Positions 1-12,387 of a DNA stretch of 64,000 nucleotides are shown here, piece after piece. Source of the stretch: Epithemia pelagica (taxonomy: Eukaryota; Protista; Bacillariophyta); the NCBI GenBank assembly GCA_946965045.2, contig CAMPTO020000005.1, forward strand, positions 1-64,000, in the 5' to 3' direction. Each line of letters begins with the position of its first letter. Positions within the stretch are counted from its first letter, which is position 1. The position numbers were made by a program, and so were the translations under genes. Under the pieces are notes generated by a model. That model was given only the letters and a program-made list of their open reading frames with translations, was not told the origin of the DNA and did no database searches.

Positions 1-977
1 GCCAAACTATCTGTCGTTGTGCGAGGACGATTCAACGCAGGACGAGCTAACGAAGAATTCATGAACTTGGAGGATGACGCAAGAGTACCAGGCTCGTTGA
101 CGATCGAGATACTGAATAAAGGCTTGGAACGTGGCATCCATGGCTGTCTCCATGTAGTTGCAACATCGTCGGTACAGAATGAGCTATGCAGCCGATGCAA
201 GACAGGATATACAGCTTGACTCAACAATCGACGCGACACCAATTGCAAGGCATGTGCATGACGCAATGTCTGGTATACCCAGTTCGCTAGCGCATCACGT
301 GCCATCCATTCCATGGCAGACAAATTCTGCTCTCCACTGTCGCCATTGTGGTGCTATAACAAAGGCTTGAAGGATTTGCTCCAATGTCCCTTGTTGCGAA
401 TCGAATTCTTGATCATGTCCACATATGATGCAATCCGCATCGAATCGATAGAACTCGATCAAAACATCCGAGTGTCGAGCGCGTGCGAAAGGTCGACCAT
501 GCCTCACCCACAAGATCAACAAAATTGGACCCAGTCGGTTTTGCGGTGGTAGATGGAGTTTGTGTTGGCTACTTCTCATGTCTTGTTGACACTCAAGGCT
601 TGACTCAAGGCTTTGGCTCCATTCACAGAAGTAAACCGCACGTTCGTGAGCTTGAACTTGGTCCATTGTGTATTTTGCTGCAGTGTTATTGCCAGTGCTT
701 TGACTCCTTCATCTCCAACGTTCGTCGAATCAAGCTTTCAGTGCTGCCACACATGATTGTTGTTCAAAGCGCGAACCAGTGTTTTCAATTCAATCGATCC
801 AAACTCGCATTCCCAATCGACAACTTGTCGCAGGATGGATATGTAGCAGAACATTTGCCAACATAAGCTCGTGATATGGTGTAGTGGTTTAGACAAATGC
901 ACGGGTGACCACTTCAATTCCCTCGTCACCGACATCCGTATGGGCGAGCCACAGTCCCTCATCAATTGATTCTGCAA
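1..977 (-). pseudogene. Degenerate RNI-like leucine-rich-repeat gene fragment, runs off the window start
   Basis: Minus-strand translation LKTLVRALNNNHVWQH*KLDSTNVGDEGVKALAITLQQNTQWTKFKL...GAKALSQALSVNKT* resembles the LRR units of the 35.9-39.7 kb gene (ALxxNxxWxxLxL). It has in-frame stops and frameshifts. Confidence 0.55.
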
Positions 978-1826
978 AGGTCCCCGCGAGAGTGGTTGAT
1001 AGATATACTCTCCAGGGCTTTACAGACTTTACAAACGTTTTACTCTATATAGGTAGAATAGAGAAAACTTCTCCGACCGATTAGGATTAGGAATATGGGA
1101 TCCGAAAATGAGGGGCGATCCAAGAGATGAAGTGGGGGGCCTCCAGAATGTAGGGGCGGCATCTCGGTTTGGGGGATGGTATCTTTTTCGTACATTCTTG
1201 TACAGACTTTATAGGGGGAAGTCGCAGAAGAGGAGGGGAAAGAAAGGAAGAGAAAAAAGAAGAAGAAGAAGGAAAAAAGAAAAAAGAGGAAGAATTAGTG
1301 GTAAGATTCCCTTTGCAACGAACGTGCGATTGCCACCATCATATTATGATCTCATTGGTTGGTCCATTTGTCACTGCTTCTGGTCTGTGTGGGATGTGTG
1401 GTGACTACGTGTTGCTCCAATGTCCCGGTGGAGGGGGATTTGGCAGTTCCCTACGGTCGTTCTACGTATTTGGCTACGGTAAGTGCTGACACCGTGTGTC
1501 TTTTACCTATACAAAACATCGTCAGCCTCACATATGCCTTTGATCTCTGCTTGTATTGCCTGTGCGAAGATATTGGCATACATTGTTTCCAGTATATCGC
1601 GCAATCACAGCTACGGCGCATGGACGAGAAGATTTGCACAATTTTTGTTAGTTCATTATTTTCTGATCGATGGTTTTCTCACTACTGTTGTTGTTGTCGT
1701 CGTTGTTGTTGTTATATCTCTTGAATCTTTGTGTTAAAGTGTCTGGCCTCCATGGTAAGTCGCGACTGTTGGCTGTTGATGCTGTGTTGATTTTTACTGC
1801 TCTCTAACCGATGTTGTTGTTATGTT

Positions 1827-3296
1827 TTAAGGGTACGATGCATTACTGGGATGGTTGGAACAAGATTTGTCATGGGGTGGGATGCCCCGACGATTGGGCC
1901 TCCGCCAATACTGAATATTGCGGATGCAACAATTTTGAGTCGGTTGTGGATGTGTTGGTTGTTGATGGACCGGTTGGCAACCAAGGTACGACGAGTATTA
2001 CGCCGCTTGCTGCAGCAGCTGTTGCTGAAAGTGATGAACACTAGCAAGCGGCGTATTTGGCGGAAGCAATGGTGGAAGTGATGGCATTTGTGGTTGTGGC
2101 ATGGTGATTGGTCTGGGGGCCGGTTGTATTGCTGTTCTTGGTGGCGATTTGGGAGCAGGTTGCTGTTGTGTTTGTGGTGGTGGTCGTTGTGGTCGTGTTG
2201 GAGAAGACTGTTGCACTGTTGGAGCTGGTGGTGGCGGCAGCTCTTCCTCCTCATCACTCAACATTGGATCATTGTCATCTTCTTGGTTTGCTTCGTCTTG
2301 ATGCTCTTCTTTTTCCTCAACTTGTTGCTCTTTTTCATTTTCTCGTGATTGTTCTGTATCTTGTTGTTCCAGTGTCTCGCTTGGTTGCATTGTTTCTTCA
2401 TCTTGCATATTGCGCTGAGCCTCACATTTCTCACAGGGACAGAAGTCATGCTGTTGCACCGAGATGTTCCAGACCTCGTTGAGTTGCTCATAAACTTGCA
2501 AGTACTCAGAAAAAAAGCGTTCACCATTGTCTTGCGGTAAGTGCTCGACGTCATCAAACAACTTGGACGCGCCGCATCGAACGGCCAACTTGCTGATAAA
2601 GGCAAGTTGCTGGTGGTTCCAATGACTCACCACTGTTTCCCACGCCGCAGGCATTTTCTTGCTGCGTTGTTCTGTTGTCTTCAACACAAAGCGCAGCTTG
2701 TGTCGAATCTGACGGTTGTACCACGCCGTTCCGCATAAGTTCAAGTCGTCCGAGAGTTTTTCATTTGTGCCCCCATTACTGAAATGGGCCAAGTTGCTGT
2801 GCCATGACTCCAATTTGGATTCCCCTCGGTAAGAGACCCATTCCGACAATTGATGGCTTGATTTTGGGTGTGGTTTGATCTCACGATACATGTCTTCGAT
2901 TGGAATCGGATCTGCGAGAAACTCTGCCTTTTTTTACAGTTTTCGATTGCTGAGTGTGTATCTTGTGTGAACAATGGTTGTTGTGTCTTGTGATCGAGCC
3001 TTCCTCGTGCCGGTGGCCCACTGTCACTACTACTTCTCACTTTAAATTTTATCTTCCACTCCTCCAGGCGCATCACGATTGTTTGGAACGCGCGGATGAT
3101 TTTCCGTAAGTACTTGCCGTATCTTTCGCGAAAAATCTTGGTCTGTCTCATTTCTGCTATTTGCTTGTCATTATATTTCTTGCCTCCAAGGGTGCCATTC
3201 TTTAGGGCCGTGATGACTTTGTGGAAGTCACCATCGTGATACTCGTAGATGCAATCCAACAATTCGCGCAACGCGTCACCAAAGTCCATGTGTTTA
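1827..3296 (-). pseudogene. C-terminal part of the DDE-type transposase gene split by the copia insertion
   Basis: Removing the LTR element and one TSD joins ...KTLRHK|HMDFGDALRELL in frame. There is a 1-bp frameshift in the A-run at 2929-2935 (NCKKKAEFLADPIPIEDMYREI restored). It contains RGESKLESWH (candidate catalytic Glu). A premature TAA at 1998-2000 is followed by an in-frame CC..YW.RP.RRG.PPHD..C tail ending at TAA 1827-1829. Confidence 0.75.
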
Positions 3297-4052
3297 TAGC
3301 AGAACTCTCATTGAGAATTCAGAAGGGTAATAGGTAGTTGGGTAAAAGGCTCGCTGAGCCGACAATCGATCACCAACCAATACAACAATCCTCCACGGGT
3401 CAGAGAAGAGTTGCAAGTCGAGGTCCGCCGTGGGTGGGGGCAGTCGGTCCACTGATAAGAGGTTAGTCTTAAGATGAGTGTTAAAATGGTGATATTAATG
3501 ATTGTGAGATGATTACTAACTAAGGTGTTTGATGAAGGTCGAGGTCCTGGCTCTTGTATACGGCCATGGATCTGGTGTGATAGGTCCTCAAATGGTTGGA
3601 GTAGACCTGCATTGTTGTATTGAAAGTATATGCAGTTGTATATCATATACCAATGCCAACAGCTCTTGCTTTGTTGTGATATAGGTAGTTTTCTTGGCGC
3701 GTTGTTGATTGCATTCTTGGAATTGTGGGAATGGAAATATGGTCTCGCGTGATCGTGATTCGTGCTTTGATTACTTAGGCCGTTGAGGTAAGTCGTGGAG
3801 GTGCTCACTCGGATCGTGATTGCGCGCGCTTGAGAATACTGGGCGCGCACGTGATGGGCCATAGTCAATATCCGAGCGGTCGCCGATAGCGCGTGCATTG
3901 CGAGCATGCCTTGGCCAAAATTAAAGGTCCGCGAGCATGCCGTCATTCTTTTCTCACTTTTACACAAATGTCATCGGATGCCATAAAATACTAGCATCAG
4001 TCGATGTGTTGTAGATTCCACCACCACCTAGTTAAAGGTGAGAATCCTAACA
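3297..4052 (-). repeat. 3' LTR (756 bp, TG...TA on the element strand)
   Basis: Direct repeat of 7942..8697. One mismatch seen (A3713 vs C8358). Confidence 0.95.
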
Positions 4053-6586
4053 CTCCCCACAATTCGTCGAGTGAGGATTGTTATTTTCCTTGTCATGCTT
4101 CTGAACGTTTCCTCCCCAGAAGAATATGATCTTGAACGTGGTCCATACTTTCGAGAATTTCCAATGCTTACTGACAATGTATCCCGGACGCTCTCATAGG
4201 GATATCTCAGGCAATAAGTAATCAGTTCATCATTCTTCAGTTGGTAGGTCTTGTCGGTGCCCTTTGAGCTATGCTCCCCAGGTGTCTTCTTCATCCAAAC
4301 ATTGGGATCTGCTTTAGTTGGTGACAAATCCATATCAAGTGGGATGTCAAAGAAACAGTCACGCCGACATGCTCCTGAAGATTTTAATCCCTTTGAGGCC
4401 TTGTGCGTAATCAAGATGTGACCTGATTCCTTGAGTTCTTGTCTTGCAACTATCAAGATCTTCTCTCCAGATAAAGCTTCCAGGTCGTGTGCATTTCCAA
4501 CTTTTGCTCCCCATATATCCATATCATTGAGAATCCCAAGACAGGTGGTTGTATGAAAGTTGTGAATGGAAGTAGTACACAAAAAGATTGCCTCAACCGG
4601 TTCTTTGGTAAAAGCCTCGTCTGTGATGAGAAGTGCTGGGCGACTATCATCATGTTTTACAAGATGGATTTGAATCTTGTTCTTGTGATACTCTTCTGGT
4701 GATGCATTTATCATTTCCCTTCTCTTGAACTGAGCTTGAACGCAATCCTTGACTTTTGTGAGGGATTGGATCTGTGAAGCCTGAAAGAGCTCAACTTCAG
4801 TAGTGTCGTGCCACTTTCTTTTACCATGTTGTTTGTCTAACAAAACAACTAATTCTTCATTTGTCATTGAAACTTGATAACCAAACTTGTACTTGATCGA
4901 ACGACAGGCTTGCTTGATTCTTGACTGCTGTTTGGCAGCTTGAACAAGGCATTTACTGGTCTTGACAAAACGCTTGAGATGTTTCCATCCAAGTTCATTT
5001 AATAGGTCATGTTTCTTGGCATAGGCATCATTTACCATGAGTGACGGAGGCTCATAGATCATCTCCCCAGTCTCCCAATCAACAAGTATATTACAGTGAC
5101 TTCTTTTGTAGTCAGGATTGTTGCTAATACTTGACGGTTCTTGATCTGCAACAACGTCCCTGAACTGAAAAACGTCATCTTCAGTTTCCTGTGCTTGGTT
5201 GTCCTGTTTGATGTATTCCATATGTTGACGGTATGAAATTATCTTGTCAATGTCGGAAATGGATTTGCAGAAAGTGTACTTGATACAGTCTTCTTGCTTG
5301 AGAGCATCTTGTTCTAAATCAATGACGCATCTTATAAGACACGGTTGTGGTTGCTCCCCATTATACGGTTGTCGTTGCTCCCCATTTTCCTCTGGATCAT
5401 AAACAAGGAAAGGTTGTCCAATAGTGTCGTCATGTTTGATCGTTGGAATTTGCGTGGATGGATCTTCACCTTTGCTACAAATGAAAACAATGTCAGCTTG
5501 CTTGCCGTTGGGTTCACTTGGAAGCGATTCCTCCCCTGAAGAGGTATCCACACAAAGGTTGCTGGGTGGCGTGGGTGCATCATGAAGAATGGCAGAGTAA
5601 CAAAGGGTTTGAGTGTCCAGAGACAAAGTATCACCAAGAGGAGGGGCAAAAAAAAGCCAGTAGCCAAGTGTCGTGACAAAAGAGGGAGGGTAGGGACTGT
5701 AGGGACGGTGGGAGAGGGCATATGATTCGGTAAAGTAGGGGGCCTTGTCCGAGATAAGGAAGAAAAGAGGGTGGGTAATGCCGGGTGGGCGACCGAAGGG
5801 GATCTCAAGAGGGATATGGCCCAAAACGGTCACGACGTATGTTGTCCTCTTAACGGTCTGATAACGGTTCTCAGCCATGTTCTGATCTTGGAGGTATGGT
5901 TTGGAACAGTATTCTCCAAGCAGGGGTGTGAAGAAGGAAGGCGTATCAGGTCCATGATCGTAAGGTAAATCCAAGAGAAGGTTGAGGTTACAGACAACAC
6001 GATTGGTATATTTCCCAAACGCATCATTTGGATTACCATCATTTTCAACAGTCCTCAAAGAAGGTGCCGTATCTTGCATGGGATCAAGATGCCAATGATT
6101 AAAGCCAGTCATGTGATTGTCGCCGGAGAAAGTAGACATGCGAGAGAGCAGATGTCGAGATGTCTGAACTTTCTGTTTACAATTGTTGTTCTTGGGACAA
6201 TCATTAGGGATGGATGTTGTCTTGGTATTGGATTCCAAATTAGCAAGATTAGATGTTGGATGATTGACAACAAGATTGGTCACAACTTGAGGAACACACC
6301 GGGTAATCAGATCAGAGAAATTATCTTGATGGTCTTGGGAATCATCTTGAATCATGTCGTCAATCCATGCACGACCAGGGTCGGGATCAGGTTCCGGATC
6401 AATGTCAAGAGTATGCGTCTGTTCCATGCATGCAGTTGTTGATGACGGATTCTGGGTAGACTTGTTGTAGGCAATGATTACTTGACGACTATTGTCGTTG
6501 AGTTTACTCCACAGATCTCTTGGAAGACTGATCTTTGGACGAAGCGAAGATGATTTCTTGGTCTTCACGTTAGTTCTCTTAATCAT
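4028..6586 (-). pseudogene. pol: Degenerate copia pol (852-aa open frame; RT remnants, no YVDD, no recognisable integrase core or RNase H)
   Basis: KYKFGYQV, LLDKQHGKRKWHDTTEVEL, WGAKVGNA, HKASKGLKSSGA and PTKADPNVWM match the copia RT N-terminal half. The frame ends inside the 3' LTR. Confidence 0.85.
4053..4061 (-). promoter_or_regulatory. Polypurine tract
   Basis: Minus strand TGTGGGGAG directly precedes the 3' LTR start TGTTAGG. Confidence 0.75.
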
Positions 6587-7437
6587 GCGGTGTTTTTCTT
6601 TGGGTGATAGATCTTTGATATCAAAATCTTGATCATATTGAAAGTCGCATTGCTTGGTATGCTTAAGTCGGTTAGACTTTGGTGCTCGAGTTGCTTGGTC
6701 ATGATGGCATCAAGGAGAAGACGGAAATATGATTGATAACAAAGTGTCTTTGCACCAGACAAGATGTTGACTTGTCGTAAATCAGGTACCTTTTCAACGG
6801 CTTTCATCAGGAAGGTCATCCTAGTGGAGTGGCCAGGAATGTGATCAAACATTGATCCCAGATTGTCGAGAAGATGGAATTGGTGTTGAAAGTGGAGAAG
6901 AAACTGATAGGTTGTGCCGTGCCATGAATCATCGAGACGAAGATTGGAGATGTAGTTGTTAAGACGTAGCACCTCTCTTTTTGCTAAACGAAATGACGAA
7001 ATGCAACCTTGGTTCAGACGGAGCTTGGTGAAGTCTGCATTGATTCTCCAATGATCATAATTGGCCTTGGTGAGGTTCAACCAGGTAGAGCGAGGTAAAT
7101 CAGACTGCTGCAGGGTTGAGGTTTGTTCTCGTGACCAATGTGCTAGGATCTTCAGTTGATGCCTTGTATATGTCTTCAGGTCCATGGTCTTGCTCCCATA
7201 CTTGTATTGTCCAAGGTCCTTGATATTCTTTTCTGGATTGACTGCAAGATAGTCGATGACATTCAGAATGTGTTCGAAACCACTATGTTTTATCCATTGA
7301 TGAAGGGCTTGAGCTCGTTCTTCATCACATTCAAATAGATGCTGGGTGATATGATTGAACACTTGTGTATCTGATATGTCAGGCGGTACTGAGTCGTCAG
7401 AAGGAAGAGAAGGTGTCTTGGGGTATGTTGGATCCAT
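6583..7437 (-). CDS. gag: Copia gag (284 aa, truncated)
   Basis: YISNLRLDDSWHGTTYQFLLHFQHQFHLLD and FLMKAVEKVPDLRQV resemble diatom copia gag. Position is just after the 5' UTR. Confidence 0.8.
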   Translation of the reverse strand: MDPTYPKTPSLPSDDSVPPDISDTQVFNHITQHLFECDEERAQALHQWIKHSGFEHILNVIDYLAVNPEKNIKDLGQYKYGSKTMDLKTYTRHQLKILAHWSREQTSTLQQSDLPRSTWLNLTKANYDHWRINADFTKLRLNQGCISSFRLAKREVLRLNNYISNLRLDDSWHGTTYQFLLHFQHQFHLLDNLGSMFDHIPGHSTRMTFLMKAVEKVPDLRQVNILSGAKTLCYQSYFRLLLDAIMTKQLEHQSLTDLSIPSNATFNMIKILISKIYHPKKNTA

Positions 7438-7927
7438 GGTAGTATATGGTTGGTTCGTTGTTTATTTAATGTGTGGTGTGATCTGAACCCGGATGTACCA
7501 CGTGTGTGCCACGTATGTAAGTACCCGGATGTGTGTTGTGCTTGGAACCCGGATGTGAGGATCTCAGTTTTGTCTCTGGTTTGTTGTGGAAACTACTTAA
7601 AGTTACTTATCCTTGGTCACTTCTGGACTCGTTGCGGTGATCGAGTTGAACCGGGGAGTCAGGAATAGTGGTAGCTTCCTCGTCTTGCTCGTAGTCCTCA
7701 ACAAAGTACTGGTCAGGTGAGTATTGGGAAGGTAGTTGCACGGAGTCCTGGTCCAGCTTGAGGTCCTGGAATAGGAGAGGGTTGGTGACCCTAGCCTCAG
7801 CCAGGCTGGCCCTGTTGTTGGGTTGGGTAGTTTTGTCCTCTAACTCTTGTTTGTTGGGGTAGCTCAATCTGTAATGGGTGTAGATGGGTAAGTATGATCT
7901 CCAATGCGACTGCAGGGCAATGAGCAA

Positions 7928-7941
7928 TGAGACTGTTAATC
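7928..7941 (-). promoter_or_regulatory. Primer-binding site complementary to a tRNA-Asn(GUU) anticodon arm
   Basis: Plus strand TGAGA-CTGTTAA-TC abuts the 5' LTR and has the layout of tRNA positions 27-40 with a GTT anticodon. Confidence 0.65.
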
Positions 7942-8697
7942 TAGCAGAACTCTCATTGAGAATTCAGAAGGGTAATAGGTAGTTGGGTAAAAGGCTCGCT
8001 GAGCCGACAATCGATCACCAACCAATACAACAATCCTCCACGGGTCAGAGAAGAGTTGCAAGTCGAGGTCCGCCGTGGGTGGGGGCAGTCGGTCCACTGA
8101 TAAGAGGTTAGTCTTAAGATGAGTGTTAAAATGGTGATATTAATGATTGTGAGATGATTACTAACTAAGGTGTTTGATGAAGGTCGAGGTCCTGGCTCTT
8201 GTATACGGCCATGGATCTGGTGTGATAGGTCCTCAAATGGTTGGAGTAGACCTGCATTGTTGTATTGAAAGTATATGCAGTTGTATATCATATACCAATG
8301 CCAACAGCTCTTGCTTTGTTGTGATATAGGTAGTTTTCTTGGCGCGTTGTTGATTGCCTTCTTGGAATTGTGGGAATGGAAATATGGTCTCGCGTGATCG
8401 TGATTCGTGCTTTGATTACTTAGGCCGTTGAGGTAAGTCGTGGAGGTGCTCACTCGGATCGTGATTGCGCGCGCTTGAGAATACTGGGCGCGCACGTGAT
8501 GGGCCATAGTCAATATCCGAGCGGTCGCCGATAGCGCGTGCATTGCGAGCATGCCTTGGCCAAAATTAAAGGTCCGCGAGCATGCCGTCATTCTTTTCTC
8601 ACTTTTACACAAATGTCATCGGATGCCATAAAATACTAGCATCAGTCGATGTGTTGTAGATTCCACCACCACCTAGTTAAAGGTGAGAATCCTAACA
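7942..8697 (-). repeat. 5' LTR (756 bp)
   Basis: Starts TGTTAGGATT on the minus strand and ends ...TTCTGCTA. Copy of 3297..4052. Confidence 0.95.
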
Positions 8698-10564
8698 GTT
8701 TATGGCGCAGGGTTTTTATAATTTGCTGGAGGAAATGAAAGAGTCCCAGTCTTGGGACTACATCTTCACCCAACAATCCAACCCAATAATTGCTCTTGTG
8801 GGGGAATGTGTCGGAATAGATGACGCTCGGGTTAAAATTTCCACGGCTGCAGAGTTGTTGGGCAGCATGGGAGAAGGTCTTGGTTTCCAAGTTTGGAACC
8901 AAGATTGCGCATGCAATCTCGCCTACTTCATTGGCAGCATCCCATACAGCTTCTGCCTTGAGCCTCTTGGGATAGTTCTTGACTGCTTGGAAGGTGTGGT
9001 CTTGGGCAAAACTTGTTTGGCAGCCCACTGCTTGGATTTCCCTGGTGTGCCTCTCATAGTCACTTGTTCTCCAGGGATTGAGTCTTGATCTTGATGCCTC
9101 GTGGTAGGCCTGTCTGATTGTCTCACCAAGAGGAGGATACCTGGTGAGCCACTCTCCATCTTTCGCTGGATACTCTTGCCCTTGCTGATGTGTTGCATCG
9201 CAGAAGGAGTAGTAGTTAGTTGTTCTATTCCTATAATCCCTGTTGATTGCAGCATACAATAGTCCACTACAGTGGTCACCATTGCCATAGGTAAGCATCT
9301 CCTCCTCAAACACTGTTGTTGTTGTAATGTCAAAGTGCTGGGCACCTCGAGCCCACTTTGCTTCGACCGGATACCATTTCGCAAAATGTGGAGGCAACGA
9401 ATTGAGAAGCGCTCCGTTGTTGCCGGCATGCGTGGTATTGCACTCCTTGCAATGGTAGTGCGTGACAAGGGCGTAAGACGGTGCGCCATCAAGACCAAAA
9501 ATGGGGAATAGACTTTTGCTCTTGGAAAGGTTGGTCCACTCGCGTTGTAGTGTACAGTTGTTACACTTTGGACACTTAATCCCAATTTTCTGAAACTCCA
9601 CCGGCATAAACAGCTCCCAGTCAACAATGTACAAACGTCGCCCTACAATTGAGTCCCACAGGGCATTATTGTTGTTTCGCACGTCGGGTACAGTCAAACA
9701 CATGTCGCGCATGAACGGCTTAAGTGACCGCACGTCGCGCTTCCGTTCCAGACAAGTTTCGGCGATAGTCTTGGCAAGCGCGTACATTGTTTTCGGACAC
9801 GTGATCGACTCGTCTTGCTCTATCTCCTTGTATTTAGCCAGTACCGATTGCATAAATACATACTCATCCGACCCAACGGCGGACGTCACCTGATTATTGA
9901 TCAGGCAGTCTGTGCGCGCAATACAGTTGCGCTTCCCCTTTCGAACCCTGGAAAGTTTCAAATCGTCCTCTGTCACGGTCGTTGCTTCATTTGAAGCTTC
10001 CGAGACAGGTTTATTGTTGAGACGAAAGAAGAGGTTGAAATCTTCTTGCCTCATGATGATTGGATGGTAAGTCACTTCCTTGTTGGCCTCTTTCTTCAGT
10101 CGCTCCTCCTCCTTCATGGCCTCTACCAAGTGGTCTGGTATGCCCCTGGTCTTTGTGTTCTTCGGGCAGAAGACGTGATGGGGGCGCTTGGGAGGCTTGG
10201 TCCCAAGCCTTTTGGAACTGCAGATGGTGCAGTCCCTGTCTGGCTCAAAGGCCTTTTTCTTCTCAAGCGTGAGCTGCCTCAACTGCTTTGCCTCTTGTTG
10301 CTTCCTCTTCTTGTTGCTTCTCTGTTGTGCTAACGACTTTGCCCTTTTTGTTTGGTTGTTTCGTCGTTGACTCTGCCCACCCATCTCTTGCTCCTTGCTG
10401 AGCTTTTTGTACGGGTTCACCACCAAGGGTGCTGGTGGTGGTGGAGGAGAGTCATTCTCCTCCTCAGGGACAGTCATCGTGGTTGGGTCCATTGTCGCTC
10501 CAGAAACATCGACACCATTGTCCATGTCCTGGGGCACGGCAACCGCGACCGGTCTCATTGGCAC
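8698..10564 (-). mobile_element. N-terminal ~620 aa of a DDE-type transposase (MULE/Dada/DUF6729-like), with N-terminal Zn-finger motifs
   Basis: ORF 8642..10564. Motifs CTIC...HHVFC, CPKC...HYHCKEC, FAQDHTF (candidate first Asp), VIYSDTFP (candidate second Asp) and RLGLFHFLQQI (xxFH motif). The last 18 aa of the ORF are read from the LTR. Confidence 0.65.
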
Positions 10565-12387
10565 GGAATCGTGTTGGAGACGAAATCCCTGTCATTTCGG
10601 CTGTTTTCGTGGGGAAGTCGGCAAGATTCCGTGGCTTTATGCGCGTGGCGCGCGATGTCTACTGGTAAGAGAAGACATGTCTTGTGTGAGTTTTCGTTAA
10701 GTATTTTGATGTCTTGTCTATGTCTTGTGAGTTTTCTAACCCAATCATATTTCTGCCTTCTATTTCGTGAGCCCCTGTCCATCTCACCTTCTTATTACGT
10801 ATGCGTATGGGTTCTCCCTCGGATCCTCGGCTCTTGACTCATGTCTGGGGACGTCAAGCCTTATTGCTCCTTCGAAAGACCTTTGAGGTTGACACCACGA
10901 TGCACAGTACTAGGACAGGACGAAACTGAGCTGAGCCAGTACCACGAGAACGACCGGCACCCGTCATGCTGGACTCCGAGGCATTGCGCCGAAGACCAGC
11001 AGTACTAGTAGGATGGAACAACAACTGGTCAAGTCACCCTGGAACATTTACTACGACCGACACATGCACTGTCCAATTTAAACAAGTTTCGCGCCATGTC
11101 TCCATCCACGGCCTGTGCAGTGTCGGCGCTCGGTATTTGGTGGGAACCAACAACCAGACAGACTGCGGAGCCTTCCTTGTTGGAGTATAGTACTCTAACT
11201 TCATATCAGACTATGTAGGTAGTTTTGCTCACAATTTTATTTTACTGTAGGATTTTTATTGTACGAGCGGGAAGTAGTTTTCAACCGAAAATCGTGCGAA
11301 TCGCGCGAAAACGAGCGGGGCGAGCAAACCAAGGCGAAAAAAGCGCACCACGAAAAACCAACACGAAGCAACAAACGGAACGAGAAACGAAACCAACAAG
11401 GGTAACAAAGTAGCGACACAGGACAAGGAAGAAGAAGCAAGGTTGTGTGAGAATAAGCATGTGATGCAACAATAAAACAAAGACCATCGCAATGCAACAA
11501 CTTACCGGTATCTAGAGACCAACCAACTGTGGGAGACATCGAGAAGAGACCAACCAACTCAGGGAGACATCGATAAGTGTCTGTCATCGAAGAAACAAAA
11601 ATGAGAAGATGAAGGACAATCACAATAGAAACAAAAAAAGACTCACCAATCAGCCACTAGTGGGACTTTTTGGATCCGTTGTGCTTCTTCTTTTTCAACT
11701 TCTTCGAAGTCGTGGTGGCAGGGTTGGTGTATTGAAAGGGTAGCTGCATTCCCCCAGCCATCATAGGAGCAGCCATGGCATTCGGCTGAACAGCAAAAGA
11801 ATTGAGTAGGGGTTGTTGTTGCTGCATGGAGGGGAAGAGCTGTTGTTGCATCATCTGTTGTTGATGCTGCTGCTGCATCATCCACCACATCATTTGTTGT
11901 TGGTTGAAATTGAGGTGGGGAGGAGGAACGACTTCCACCACGTTGTCATCCAAATCAGAATCGGATGAGGATGGAGATGGAGGAGCAGTTTTTTTCGTTG
12001 ATGCCGTGTTAGGCGTCGTTGTCGGCTTCGCCGCCACCGTCGTCGTGGCTTCGCCGCCACCGTCGTCGTTGGCTTCGCCGCCACCGTCGTCACCATCGTC
12101 GTCCGCATCGCCACCGTCGTCACCATCGTCGTCGGCTTCACCTCCGGACTCTGCTTCGTTCTGGGGACCAAGGGAGGTGATCCCCAACCACCTTTCTCTA
12201 CCACTACCACGTCGTCGTCGCGTTTACCAGGAACTGGGGGGCCAAACTCATCGACATTGACTGCGTTGACAACACCAATTGAAACCTTGGGCGAAGCAGC
12301 ACCAAGATCACGTCCTAGTAGAAGGTATTGAGAAGCAACTTGAGTGAGAAACAGAACGAGGCAACAATCAAACAACAACCAAACTTA

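Larger units (their letters stand above)
3297..8697 (-). mobile_element. Non-autonomous Ty1/copia (CoDi-like) LTR retrotransposon, 5.4 kb, 5-bp TSD GTTTA
   Basis: Two 756-bp direct repeats. GTTTA at 3292-3296 and 8698-8702. Internal gag and degenerate RT. PPT next to the 3' LTR and PBS next to the 5' LTR. Confidence 0.95.

Noticed and set aside
3308-3967. 219-aa ORF, duplicated at 7953..8612
   Set aside because: Lies wholly within the LTRs, has no recognisable motifs, and is duplicated only because the LTR is.
7915-7945. tRNA-Asn gene
   Set aside because: Only the anticodon arm is present, with no T-arm or acceptor stem; interpreted as a PBS.
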